Positions 1 through 12,627 of a stretch of 64,000 bases of DNA are shown here, one piece after another (positions within the stretch are counted from its first letter, which is position 1; every line of letters begins with the position of its first letter). A program made the translations under genes and the position numbers. The notes below the pieces were generated by a model. It ran no database searches. It worked only from the letters and a program-made list of their open reading frames with translations, and was not told where the DNA came from. The stretch is taken from NCBI GenBank assembly GCA_028534125.1, contig CM052817.1, positions 38,876,001-38,940,000 on the forward strand, read 5' to 3'. This DNA is from Lama glama. Its lineage: Eukaryota.

Positions 1-1090
1 GAGAATAAGACAAGCCACAGACTGGTAGAAAATATTTGCAAAAGAGACGTGATAAAGGACTGTTATCCAAAATACACAAAGAACTCTTTAAACTCAACAG
101 TATGAAAATGAACAACCTGATTTTAAAATGGGCCAAAGACATTGACAGACACCTCACCAAAGAAGATACACAGACAACAAAGAAGCATATGAAGAGGTGC
201 TCCACATCTTGCCATCAGGGAAATGCAAGGTGAAATGTTACATACTTACAAAATGACCAAAATCCAGAACATCAACAAAACCCAAGTGCTGGTAAGGATG
301 TGGAACAACAGGAACCCTCATTCACTACTAGTAAGAATACAGAATGAAACAGCAACTTTGGAAGGCAGGTTGGTGGCTTCTTTTACCATGTGATCCAGTA
401 ACCACAATTCTCGGTATTTACCCAACGGAGTTGAAAAATTAGGTCCATCTGGGGGAAAAAAAAAACTTCACACTGATGTTTACAGCAGCTTTATTCATAT
501 TTGCCAAAACTTGAAAGCAAGCAAGATTCCTTCAGTAGGTGAATGGGTAAATAACTATGGTACAGCCAATGGAATATCATTCGGCACTAAGAAGAAATGA
601 GCTAGGAAGCCACGAAAAGACATGGAAGAGTCTTAAATGCATATCACTAAGTGAAAGAAGCCAATGTGGAAATGCTACCTAGCATATGACTCTAACTATA
701 TGACTTTCTAGAAAAGGCAAAACTATGGAGACAGTAAAATGATCAGTTTGGGGGTGTCAGGGAAAAATGAATAGGGGAAGCACAGGGGACTTTTAGGGCA
801 GTGAAAATACTCTGTATGACACCGTAATGAAGGATACATGTCATACATTTGTCCAAATCAAAGGAATACGACACCAAGAATGAGCCAAAATGTAAACTAT
901 ATACCTTGGGTGATTATGACATGTTGTCAATGTAAGTTCTTCAGTTGTAACAAACATACCACTCTCACTGGGGATATTGACAGCCAAGGAGGCTATGTTT
1001 GGGGGCAGAGCAGAGGGTATATTGGGAGTCTCTGTACCATCCCCTCAATTTTCCTATGAACCTTAAAGTGCTCTAAAAAATTGTCTTAAG
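1..1090 (+). mobile_element. Old LINE-1 3' fragment (ORF2 C-terminus + 3' UTR), L1MC-like
   Basis: ORF 36..233 ([14 protein letters not shown]...HMKRCSTS) resembles the L1 ORF2 C-terminal region; the following sequence resembles an L1MC 3' UTR and ends in an A-rich tail near 1075-1090. Confidence 0.8.
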
Positions 1091-1109
1091 AATGAAGGGA
1101 AAAAGGAAC

Positions 1110-1890
1110 AGCCTTGGAGAAAATATTTGTAAGTCACATATCTGATAAGGGATTTGTATCTAGGATCTGTAACAATCTCTTACAGCTGAATAAGAAGAAA
1201 CATCACATGTAAAAATGGGCAAATAAATGAATAGACATTTCATCAAAGAAGATATACAAATGGCAAATAAGCACATGTAAAGATGCTCAGTGCCATTAGC
1301 CACTAGGGAAATGCAAACTAAAACCAGCTTGAAATACCTACACACACCAGCTAGAATGGTTCTCTTTAAAAAGATAGTGCTGGGTTTTGGTAAGGATGTA
1401 GGGAACCCTCGTACACTGCGGGTAGGAAGATAACGATGTACAGCCACTTTGGACAGTTTAGCCATTCCTTTAAAAGTTACTTACTTTTAAACTTACCACA
1501 CGACCCAGCAATTCCACCCTAGAAATCTGAGAGAGATGGAGACATGCCACACAAACACATGTCCACAAATACTCATAGCAACATTTTTCTTAAGAATCAT
1601 AAATTGGAAATAACTCTGATGCCAATCAACTGGTAAATGGGTCAGCAAAATATGTTCTTCATAAAAAGGAACAAAGCTGATACAAGCAAACATATTACAC
1701 CAGACACAAAACACTATGCATTGCACGATTCCATTCATAGGAGATGTCCAGAAAAGGCAAATTTACAGCGACAGCAGGTCAGTGGCTGCCTAAGGCTGGG
1801 GGTTGGAGTGGGGATTAACTGCACATGGGCACCAGGGACTTTTGGAGTGAGGGAAATGTTCTCAAACTGGGGGTAATAATGGTGGCACAA
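1110..1890 (+). mobile_element. Second old LINE-1 (L1M) 3' fragment
   Basis: Repeats the same ORF2 C-terminal motifs (aaatgggcaaa...gacatttcatcaaagaagatatacaaatggcaaataagcacatg), followed by a decayed 3' UTR. Confidence 0.7.
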
Positions 1891-3154
1891 GATTATGGTT
1901 CAGAAACTCTCACAACTATTGGAAAAAATATATAATTGCTGACAATTCAAATGTGTCTGTCTTACCTGTGCTAGCTGAAACCTCTGGTTCCTATCTTCAC
2001 AGGTTTTTGAAATTTATTAAATCTCATCAAAAATATACTTAACAGTTACTCAATAATGTTCTCCAAACTTATCACTCTTCCAGGTCCTGTCTGAAGTTTG
2101 GCCTTGCGCATTCTTGAACAGAAAACCATCGAGATCCATTATACTCAAGGTGGCTACAGAGAGGAAAAGGAGGGTGTGAGAGCATGAGCTCCAGCTCCAC
2201 GCCCTGGTGTCCTGTAAGTCTGGCACTCTGAGCTTCCATTCTCTCCCTCAGAGGACACCTCCGGGCGGGCTTGGTCCTCAAGGAGTTTCTCTCTGGGCAA
2301 CAAGGCTGCTGCTTTCCCCACCCGTGTCCTCTGTACACGTTAGAGGACCAGGCTGTATTCGCTCATCTCCTTTGCTGTCGTCAGACAACATCCCATTCAT
2401 CCACCCGCCCTTATTAAGTGACTCCGTGATATCTGATGATTCCAGAACGTTCTCCCCTTCTGCGCAGGAAAAGGAAGACGAGATTAAGGTAGGGCAGGCT
2501 TTTGATTTTGGTTAAATTTTCTAGATCTGCTTATTTGTAGGCATTACACGTAGATTCCTGGATAAAGCCTCTCCTCAAAGAGTGGGTTTTGAATTTTGTA
2601 AGTTTCAGGAGCTGAAGAGGTGGGCACCTTCCTGTTCAGTCCTACCAGACTATCACTTCCCACTGGAGATAGGCAACAGGCGAGGAGCAGGCAGGAAGGA
2701 AGGAGACTAAGGATAACTAATCAGCTCTTCTACGCTGAACACAAATCAAGACACGTTCATGAGTTTTCACTTAATCCTTAAAACAACCTGAGGAACTAAG
2801 AATAATGAAGCCCCTCTTAGAGCAACACAAAATAAAAAGTGATGCATATTGGTGGTGGGTGGGGCGGGTAGCCAAGAGACAAATGGGAATATGCCCAGTT
2901 GGGTCTTCAGACTCCAAACCACTTATTTGCTGAGAAGCTTGAGGGCCTAGGGAGTGCTGGCACTGAGCCAGACACTGGGAACACAACAGCGAATCAAAAC
3001 AAATGCCACTCAGCATCCATGCAGCTTACAGCTCTAGTCGTGACTGGATCAAAGTCACAAAAATAAATATGTAATTATAAGCTGAAAAGTACCGCAGAAA
3101 TTCAGTATTCCTTCTCTTCAGAGGACAGCACCTCTTGACAAAACACACATGCAC

Positions 3155-5944
3155 AGTGATCACCAGAACTTATTTATTCCCAGCCCCAAAGATGCCACTA
3201 TAGGTGACGGAATATACACAGCACACATTCTTTATCTGTCATCATTTTGTAAACACTAGTTGCATGAATGACTGTTTCTTCTCTAATGAGAAAATGGCAC
3301 AACAAAGTCAAAATGTGATTTCTTTCCGTTTATTTTACTATTTCAGTTTCAGTGAAAGATTCAGAGAACTGATTGACACGTATCATAAGCTATCTCCCAC
3401 ACGTATGTGGTATATATACACTGTTTCTTTTTCTTTTCCACTGAACAGGGTGATACTATCTGTTCACACCAAATTACAAATGAAAAGATACTATGAGTGG
3501 GGGAAAAAAAGTGTGGGTGTTGTCTTTTTATTCTCAGACAGTAAATGTATGTGCACCACGAAGGGGAAAAGCACTGAGGAAATGTGAACTAAGCAGTTGG
3601 TACCATTAGAGCGCCTCCCCTGACAGCAAATTGGGAACACTTTGCGTGACTGTAAAGGAAATTCCAAGTCCTTCATCCCTCTGCCACCTCATTGCTACAC
3701 TGGAGTGTAAACTCTCTTCACAGTGAAAATATAAAAATGATCAAAGTCCGAGTTTTATGGCAATCTTTGCTAAAGTATATTCTGGCTAAAATGTATTCTA
3801 TTTTAGTATACATGCTATAAAAGGATACTAAAAAGGTCAATCCTTAGAGCTCTGTTAAAATTAAGAATTTACTTTTTTACATATAGAATAATGTACACCC
3901 AACTCTAAAAGTATATTTGAGGATAGCTATTCCAGTGACCCCAAATATTTCTAGCTTTGTATTTTGTTTATAACAATATCAATTGTATAGTACATGTATT
4001 CAGTAATGCTCTCAATTCTGTTTTGCAGCGCCTTACTAATCACTGTAAAGAAAAATGCAGAGGGACTGTGTATTTCCAAGAAGTTCTTAGGTGCCAATCA
4101 CCAAGTTTTCACAGTAAGTGCCTATTATTCATTTTTTAAAACTTTGGTAAGTAAATTCTTTTATGATCAACCTTTGGAGCTTTTAATGAGGCAAAAAGTG
4201 GGGAAAAAAAGAGGTGTTGAAAACTGACTTGTAGTTAGCATGATCTTCAAAGCACTCCCTCCCTCCTGTAATAGCATCTCCAATGCCAATTCTAGGTTTC
4301 ATGGACTAGTGTGAAACCACGCTGACGGAACACACCCAGCGGCGATACGCGGACTGAGTGCACCTGTGCCTGCCAGACTCACGCAGTGCACCTGCTGAGG
4401 CGGCTACTCAGAGACTACACCTGTGAACTCAGGCACAGCTGCAATTTTTTTTTTATTTTAGGTAGAGCAGTAGAACAGAAATAGAAAATAATTGAAATCT
4501 GTTTCTGATTCAAACAAAAATATTTACTCTTTTCATTAGCAAAACATTCTTTAAAATATATCTCTGTCTTGTCTCTGAACATTTAGCCAAGGAGCAGTAG
4601 GCCGGTTTTGAAGGTTCTAGTGCCACCTGTGCAACACAATAAACACGGCTGCAGGGAGCACTCGGCGGCGGCAGCTTATTTACATCCACTGAGAGGAAGT
4701 TTATTCTCATCTGGTGACAGTGTCCTGGTCACCAAAGGGAAGGTATGGCATTCGTGTGCTTTTTGTTCCTGGTGAGAATCACATCTGCTTGGTTTTCGTT
4801 GTTGGAAGAAAAATTAATCAGCCGATGTCCTCTGATTCTGTGACATGATGTGAAAGAGGAATGCGATAAAAATGTGCTGCTAGCATGGAGTTAGTCTGGG
4901 AGTGAGAGTCTCCAGGCAGATCTTGCTGCCTCCCAGGTGAGTGTCCAGTGGGCATCATGGGAACGGGAGGGAGGGACACAGCAGGCAGAGCCCTATCCAG
5001 GGACGGGCCCCCACCCCCGCTCACTACCCTACATACAGGTCTTCAATGCTCGTGGCTACAGAACTTATGGAAACCCGTTCACAGGGAAACAAACAGAGAT
5101 CTTGACCAAGAGGAGGGCTGCTCCCGTGCCACGGTCCCGCCACGGTCCCATGCTGTCTCCTGACGACTGTCCTCTGCTAAGACCATCGGTGGAGGAGGAG
5201 CACCGTGAAGCTCCTTGTCGCAGAATTCGCCTTTGTTTCTCTTGAGAAGTTTCTAACAAGCTTGTGTTTTTCCAAACACATTTTATCAAAGTAGAGTCTT
5301 GATGTCTGCTCTTTCCAGCAAACTAAAAACGAGAGAAATTGCAGCCTCTCTCTCCTGAATTCCAAACCTCCCTAAAAGTGGAATGTTTTTTCCTGACAAA
5401 TGATTACTTACATCTTTGAAAAGTGGACAATCTTTTTTTTTTTTGGATCCAGCTCAGCCCTTCAGAAAATACTTCAGACTGAAGGAGGAGGAAGTGCAGG
5501 AAAACTAACTTCCTATTGTGCCTTACATAAAACATTCTGCTGAAATTAAGAGCAGCTCCAACTACAAAAGTAAATATTTGTGCAAAGGGTGCCCAAATGC
5601 CAGGTGCAACCTTAAGACACCCTCACTTTACTCATAGTGTTCGACTCTTTAAAACACAAGTCTTTCAAGTGATGAAAGCTAGCAAGTAAGGGGAAGGAAG
5701 TTAACATCAGAAAATAGACTTTAGAAAAAGTACAGGATACTCTGCTGGCAATTTGCTACTTATTTCATAACTGAGATCAAGGAAGTGTTAAATATTCACA
5801 GTAATTTCAAAGAAGAAACATTCATGTCTGTAAGATACCAATCTGTTGCATTTTACAACCATTTTCTGTACAGTTACAAAATTTCATCTGTCAGTGCTTT
5901 TCTGTAGAATTGTTTATTGCCAGTCCTTCCCTCTCTGGAGCCAG
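3155..5944 (-). other. CDS1: CDS1 3' UTR (~2.8 kb; 3' end inferred)
   Basis: Repeat-poor, AT-rich sequence between the stop codon (5945-5947) and the AATAAA at 3173-3178. Confidence 0.65.
3173..3178 (-). terminator. CDS1: Probable distal polyadenylation signal of CDS1 (AATAAA)
   Basis: tttatt on + strand; on the minus strand it is followed ~25 nt later by a GU-rich element (atgtgtgttttgtc), the usual poly(A)-site layout. Confidence 0.65.
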
Positions 5945-6074
5945 TTATACCTTCAAACTGGGCTGCAGGATTCCTTTCTCAATGAGATGCGTCTTCAGCG
6001 TTTTATATATATTTAGCTGCTGTTCTGGTTGAAGCACCAACAACTGTTGTAGCAGTTTGCTAGGATTTGGACCC
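5945..6074 (-). CDS. CDS1: CDS1 exon 13, coding part (GPNPSKLLQQLLVLQPEQQLNIYKTLKTHLIEKGILQPSLKV*)
   Basis: Acceptor ctgttatcag|G, 130 nt to TAA; matches the known C-terminus of mammalian CDS1. Confidence 0.97.
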
Positions 6075-7789
6075 CTGATAACAGAGCAGAAAAGACAAGG
6101 TTCATGATATTTTAAGAGCGCTAAAGAAAGCATATACTTGTCACTTAAAATAAACCACACATTTAAACGCAGAGTAGTAATCTTTACGGAATTGAAACAG
6201 CTCTTGATCAGAGCTCATTTTAATGCCCAATTTAGTGTCAAAGGGAGAAAACAAGCCAAAACTCTCTGCATTGAGGGGCGTACAGTCTGGATGTGGGAAG
6301 AGTGCACAAACAGAAAACAGGACCAACATGAAGCAAAGTACCGAATGCAGAGCTAAGTTCCACAACAATTCTCAGAGGAGGTGAGGATCGTAAACAAATC
6401 CTGAGATCAGACAAGACACAAAATCCATTCTGTAAGAAGAAGAGCAAAGTTCCTGGTGGATGAGAACGGACCAAAAGAGAACATGAAAATATCAGACAAT
6501 GGAAGCTAAAATTTAAAATTATATTTCTTTGAAACTATTTTGTTGGGAAAATACCATTGGGAACTCAAATACTCAAGAGGCAGGACACGAAGTTCCTGAG
6601 ACCAGCACTGAAGCCCCCACCTAGGATCTCCAATGGGAACAACAGCCTTTGTTCAAAGCAGGTCACAGGTAAACCCCAACAGAGGAAACAAAACAAAAGC
6701 GGCTCTGCTCTAGTGGAAAGGAGGAAGGGGAAGCGGAGGGCCTGCCCCAGAAGCCCCACTGGGGATGAAATGAGCCCAGCTGGCCTCTAAGCAGCCACCG
6801 GGCAGTGACGCGGCTCTCCAGCAGGAATCCCCAGCCCGTGCAGGGACCTCTCCCCACGTGGCTCCGTCACAGTGAGCTCCTCCAACATCCCTCCCCAGCC
6901 CTTCTGCCTGCACCCTCCGATGGTGCTTGTAGGTCAGAAAAAGTCCCGAAAAGGACTCCCCGCACATCTTTCCCTCCCGAGACACCACTACAGTCGGGGG
7001 ATTGCAGTTTCCCACCCTCTGGACTCTAGAACTCAACCGTTTATGAGCTGGAGATCATCCTTCTGTACTTACACCGCCAAAGTGCTCTTTTGTCAAATTC
7101 AGATTTTAACATATGTATTGTTCTTTGCAATTTCTACAACCCATTTGAATAGGAAAAGCGGGGTAGGTTTACTTTTGGTGGAGAGTGAGTAGGAAAATCC
7201 AATAGGAAAAAGCAAGACAAGTAATATATGGAAAATGGCCCAGAATTCTAAAACATTTACAGGGTCATTAAATGTATGACATGAACTCTTCAGTTCAAAT
7301 GGAATCATAAGAAATAGAAAACCCAGCAACAAAGAAATGTTTGCTATGCAGTGATATCACAATGAAAATCTCTGATTTAAAAAACTGCACAACAACGTGG
7401 ATTAGCTGTCCCACGGGTCACCTTCATGCACGTGGCTCAACTCATCTGCCAAAAAAACTATGTCTCTGACAGCCACAGTCTACCCAACTCAGGACACAGC
7501 CTGTCTTCCATTTCTTCAAAAGATTCAGCAACTTCATAGCATAAACCCAGAGCAGAGGCCCACAGAGAAAAGGAAGACTATTCTAGCAAGTTCAGCTAAA
7601 TGCAAAATTGTGTCAGCAGGTGCTCCCAGTGAGTTGCCCACTGGCTCAAGCACGGTATTTCTAATAGTCTAAATATTAACTTTCGGATGGAGGACAACAT
7701 GGCTCAACATGACTTTTCCCTACTGAGAGAACAGCAGATCAAAAAAAAAAAAAGTTTGAGTTAGTGCTCTGAAAGCTGCCATCTTCTGA

Positions 7790-8625
7790 AAATAAAGAGT
7801 TCTAAGGATTTAACCACTAATTACTAAGACTGAAATGTATCAGTTAATAAATCACATACAAGTGAATTAAATAACCCAATTAAAAAGACAAAGATTGTCA
7901 ACTGGGTTACAAAAAAGATCCACCTATATGCTTGTTAGAAAAGAGAAACACACTTTAAATAGAAGGAAAAAGGAATGCAAAAAAGTAAAAGGACAAAGAA
8001 ATACTCTGCGAACACTAACCAAAAGAAGGCAGATGCAGCTAGTCTTCTATTCAACAAAGTAGGCTTTACGAGTAGTATATAAAGATGGACATTACATAAG
8101 GACATTAGAAGTGATTCAACAGGGAAACACGAGAGTCCTACATGTGTGTACACCTAACACAACCTCAACGTAAATAAAGCAAAAACTGGGAGATTCTGAT
8201 GAAGCTCTCTTCATAACTGACAGAACAAGCAAAGGGGAAAAACACGTCAAAAAAATCAGTACAGAAAATTCGGCTCAACTTCACCCAGTTGACATGCAAC
8301 ACTGATCCTGGAACTTCACAATGCATACTTGTTTCCTGTGCACCTGGAACGTTTATCTGAGCAGACAACATGCTTGGGGCACAAAGCAAATCTCAACAAG
8401 TCTTAAATACTGAAATAGTATGTTTTCTGACCATAGTAGGATTAAAGCAAAAATCTGGAAAGGAAGGAGACTGACATAATCTCCATTTGTTTGGAAACTA
8501 ATCAATACGCTTCTAAATAATCCCATGTCAAAGAAGACAGAATACTGGGAATCAGAAAATATTTGTAACTGGATAATGAAAATACAAATACAACCCGTGG
8601 GATGAAAGTACTTAAGAGTACTTCA
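7790..8625 (+). mobile_element. Old L1M ORF2 endonuclease-region fragment, left part of an interrupted element
   Basis: Decayed ORF2 N-terminal motifs (ccaattaaaagacaaagattgtca, ttttctgaccatagtaggattaaa); the sequence resumes at ~11495. Confidence 0.7.
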
Positions 8626-8639
8626 AAAGTGCTACTTAT

Positions 8640-10995
8640 TTCCTGTCAAGATGGTGGAGTGGTGGGACCATGAGCTCACCTCTCCTCATGACTACAACAA
8701 ATCCACAACTGAATGCTAAACAACCACTGAAAAAAAACAAAAAAGACTGGAAACTAGCAAAAAAATCTCCTGCAACTGGAAACAACGCGGGAACCACAGC
8801 AGGACGGCAGGAGGGGCGTGATCGTGATATAACTGGCCCCATAACCGCTGGGTGGGCGACCCACGAGCTGAAGATTTAAGTCACAGAGGCCCCCCCACAG
8901 GAGTGAGAGCTCTAAGCCCCACCTCAGGCTCCTGAGCTCAGGTTCCAGCATTCGGAAGAGGAGACCCTAGAACATCTGGCCAGCGGGGCTTGGCACCAGG
9001 AGCCCCACGGGAGACTCCATTCGCTTGAGAAGCGTACATGGAACCTCAAGTGCACCAGGTCCAAGGGCAGAGGCGGTGATTTCATAGGAACCTGGGCCAG
9101 GCCTGCCTGCTGGATTTGGAGGGTCTTCTGGGGACATGGGGGATGGCTGCAGCTCACTCAGGGGGCATAAAAGCTGGTGGTGGACATTCTGGGAGTGTTC
9201 ATCTACATGAGCTTTCCTGGAGGCTGACATCTTGGTTGGATCATTAGCACCAAGACCTAGCCTCACCCAGCAGTGGGCAGGCACCAGCTCCTCCTGCCAG
9301 GAACTCTGCATAAAGCCTCTACTCCAGCCTCATCCACCAGGGGCAGATACTAGAAATAAGAAAACAACAATCCCAAAGCCTGTGGAAGGAATCCACAAAC
9401 ACACAGAAAGATAGAAGACATGAGGCGGCAAAGGAATATCTCCCAGGCCAAGGCACAAGATAAAATCCCAGAAGAAGAAATAAGTGAAGAGGAGATAAGC
9501 AATTTATCTGAGAAAGAGTTTAAAGTAATGATGGTAAAGATGTTCAGAGAACTCGAGGAGTATAGATGCACAGAGCAAAGTTTTTAGCAAAGAGTTGGAA
9601 ATTATAAAGAATACCCAAACAGAGTTGAAGAACAAAATCACTGAAATGAATAACAAATACACTAGAAGGAACCAAGAATAGACTAAATGAGGCAGAAGAA
9701 CAGATCAATGAGCTAGAAGACAGGTTAGGGAAATCACTACTTCAGAACAGAAAAAAAGAAAAAAGATTGAAAAGAAATGAAGATAATTTAAGAGAACTCT
9801 GGGACAACATGAAGCACTCTAACATTCGCATTATAGAGGTCCCAGAAAGAGAAGAGAGAGAGAGAGAAAGAACCTGAGAACATTTCTGGAGAAATAATCA
9901 CCAAAAACGTCCCCAACTTGGGAAAGGAAACAGTCCCCCAAGTCCAGGAAGCGCAGAGAGTACCGCACAGAATCAGCCCAAAGAGGAACACACCAAGGCA
10001 CAGTCATCAAATTGACAGCAATTAAGGATAAGGAGAAAATATTAAAATTAGCAAGAGACAAGCAACAAATAACATACAAGGGAACTCCCATAGGTTATCA
10101 GCTGATTTTTCAGCAGAAACTCTACAGGCCAGAAGGGAATGGCATGACATGCTTCAAGTGATGAAAGGGGAAAATTTACAACCAAGAATATTCTCGTCCA
10201 GACTTGATGGAGAAATCAAAAGCTGCACAGATAAACAAAAGCTAAAAGATTTCAGCACCACCAAACCAGCTTTACAACAAATGTTAAAGGAACTTCTCTA
10301 GTCACCAAAACATTAGAAAAGAGAACAAAAAGAAGAAAAGAGGGGAAAAAAAAGACCTACAAAAGATTGCTTTGGCTGTTCAGGGTCTTTTGTAGCTCCT
10401 TATAAATTTTGGAATTGTTTGCTCTAGTTCTGTGAGGAATGTCTCGAGTATTTTGATGGGGGTTGCATTGGATCTGTGGATTGCTTTGGGTAGTACAGCC
10501 ATTTTGATAGTGTTCAAGAGTACAAGAAATCTTTCCATTTCTTTGTGTCATTTCGGCTTTCGAAGTATAGGTAACCTCCTTGGTTAGGTTTATTTCTAGG
10601 TATTTTGTTGTTTTTGATATAATGGAAATGTTTATGCCAGTTACAAAACTCTGGGTTTTGAAGTGGAAAAAAAAAAAAGTGAATGAAGGGCCGCAGATGG
10701 CAAAGTATCCTTCTTTCTTATGTGTAAGTGTGTGTAAGTGCATATATACACATACATCTTCATTATCTATTCAACTGTCGATGTGCACTTAGGATGCTTC
10801 CGTATCTTGGCCATTATAAATAATGTTGCTGTTAATAGCAGGATGTATATATCTTTTTGAGTTAATTCTTATTTTGTGGTTGGCTTTATTCCTTTGATAA
10901 CTATGTAAGTTTAAAAAGCTAAAGCTCTAAACGTTCTTAGAAACAATGAACAGTACATATATATAAATGAAAAAAATGCATGTGCAGTTTAAAAA
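8640..10995 (+). mobile_element. ORF1-only L1 derivative: 5' UTR (8640-9419), decayed ORF1 (9420-10301), tail of antisense ORF2 pieces
   Basis: Starts with the L1 5' motif tcaagatggtggag; ATG at 9420 gives MRRQRNISQAKAQDKIPEEEISEEEISNLSEKEFKVMMVKMFREL (L1 ORF1 N-terminus); ends ...QQMLKELL* at 10301; 10362-10625 and 10690-10860 are minus-strand ORF2 fragments. Confidence 0.75.
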
Positions 10996-10999
10996 AAAC

Positions 11000-11492
11000 A
11001 CTATCAAGCCGTGAAAGACATGGAAAAAATGTAGAAGATATTACTAAATGAAAGAAGCCAGTCTGAAAAGGCTACACAATACACTTCGAACCAAATGACA
11101 TTCTGGAAAAGGCACAGCTACAGAAACAATAAAAAGATCGTGGTTTCCAGAGGTTTGGGGAGAGGGAGGGATGAATAGATGGAGCACAGGGGATTTTTAG
11201 GGCAATGAAATTATTCTCTATGGTATTATAGTGGTGGCTACATGTCATTATGCATTTGTCAAAGTCCTAGAATGTACAACATCAATAGTGAGCCCTAATG
11301 TAAACTGTGAACTTTGGTTGATAATAATGTGTCCGTGTTGGTTCATTGATTGTACCAAATATGCCACACTGATGAGGGCAGGGGAGTATACGTGTGTGGG
11401 TGGGGAGGGCTATGTGGGAACTCTGTATTTTCTGCTCGATTCTGTTGTGAACCCGAAACTGCTCTAAAAAAATAAAGTCTATTATTTTTTTA
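11000..11492 (+). mobile_element. L1MC-like 3' UTR fragment
   Basis: Homologous to 600-1080 of this window (gaaagaagcca...ggggatttttagggcaatgaaa...aatgtaaact); ends with ctaaaaaataaagtctatt. Confidence 0.75.
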
Positions 11493-11494
11493 AA

Positions 11495-11770
11495 AAAGCA
11501 CTAATTAAGAGTAAATGTATAGTGTTAGGTGAATATATTAGAAAAAAGGCTGAAAACCAATCATCTAAGCTTTATCTCAAGAAGCTGGAGAAGGAACAGC
11601 AAATTGAACCTAGAGAAAGAAAGGAATGGGAGATGAGAATGGACATCAATCAGACAGAAAACAAACAACACAGAGAAAGTTAACAGGTCAGAATTTGACT
11701 CTTTGAAAAGATTATGAAATAAACTCCCAACAAGACTGCTCAAGAAAAATGAAAGTTAATACAAAAATGC
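11495..11770 (+). mobile_element. Old L1M ORF2 fragment, continuation of the 7790-8625 element
   Basis: Sequence (ctaagctttatctcaagaagctggagaaggaacagcaaattgaacc...ctttgaaaagatt) is the ORF2 region that follows where 8625 stops. Confidence 0.65.
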
Positions 11771-12627
11771 TCACACTACTATGGGTATATATTTAAAATG
11801 CGTATTTAGGGACATTTAGATACGAGTTTCTCTCCAAATAACTCTGAAGGAAGTCCCTGTTTTCCAGGCTCAGGCACTGTAGAGACCACGGCAAATAAAG
11901 TCGTCACGTGGCTGATGTGGTTAGCTTTCACCCCTCAAACGGGCGTTATAGAGCAGATCCAAACCATTAAAGTTTAATAATGGGAATAAAACACCCGGCA
12001 TAAAACAGCAACACCCTCCACTCACCCCTCCCCACCTCTCCATCCCCCGCCCCCAACATATACACACCCACCCACCCCTGGCCTGCTTTATTTTTGTCCA
12101 TGGCTCTTATAACCACCGAACAAGCTATATTTGTCTGTTTACTGTCCACTCCTGCTGCTGCTCCCTCCAAATTCCCAACAAGAAAATAAGCTTTGAGGAC
12201 AGGGACTTGGTTTGTTATGGTCTCTGCTACATCCATGCTCAGAACACTCCCCAACTCGTAACAGGCACTCAGGCAGTAACTGGTGGACTGGAGGAGTCAT
12301 TATGTCCTCCTTTTTATTAACTCTTAGTATTCACTATCACTGCAGTGTCCACTGTTGAGGTATCAAATCTCCTGATGTTCCAAAGCCAGTACCATTCATC
12401 CACATTAACTGAATTTTAACTCAGCCCTATTAAGAACTATGACATACACTAGTACTGTTTTTAAGTTGGAAAATAATTATAATCTAACTACAGTTGTGAC
12501 ACAATTCCAGGAGCTGCCATTCCCTTCGATATTACCGATTACCCATGACAGAAAAAATAACTAATTCAAACTCATGCCAATGGAAACAAGAATTCAAAGA
12601 AATCATTTCTTAAAAATCAAAAAGTAC

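Noticed and set aside
6560..7060. Locally GC/CpG-richer patch with many overlapping short ORFs in the last intron
   Set aside because: ORF overlap follows from GC content; too weak for a CpG island and no convincing splice pair
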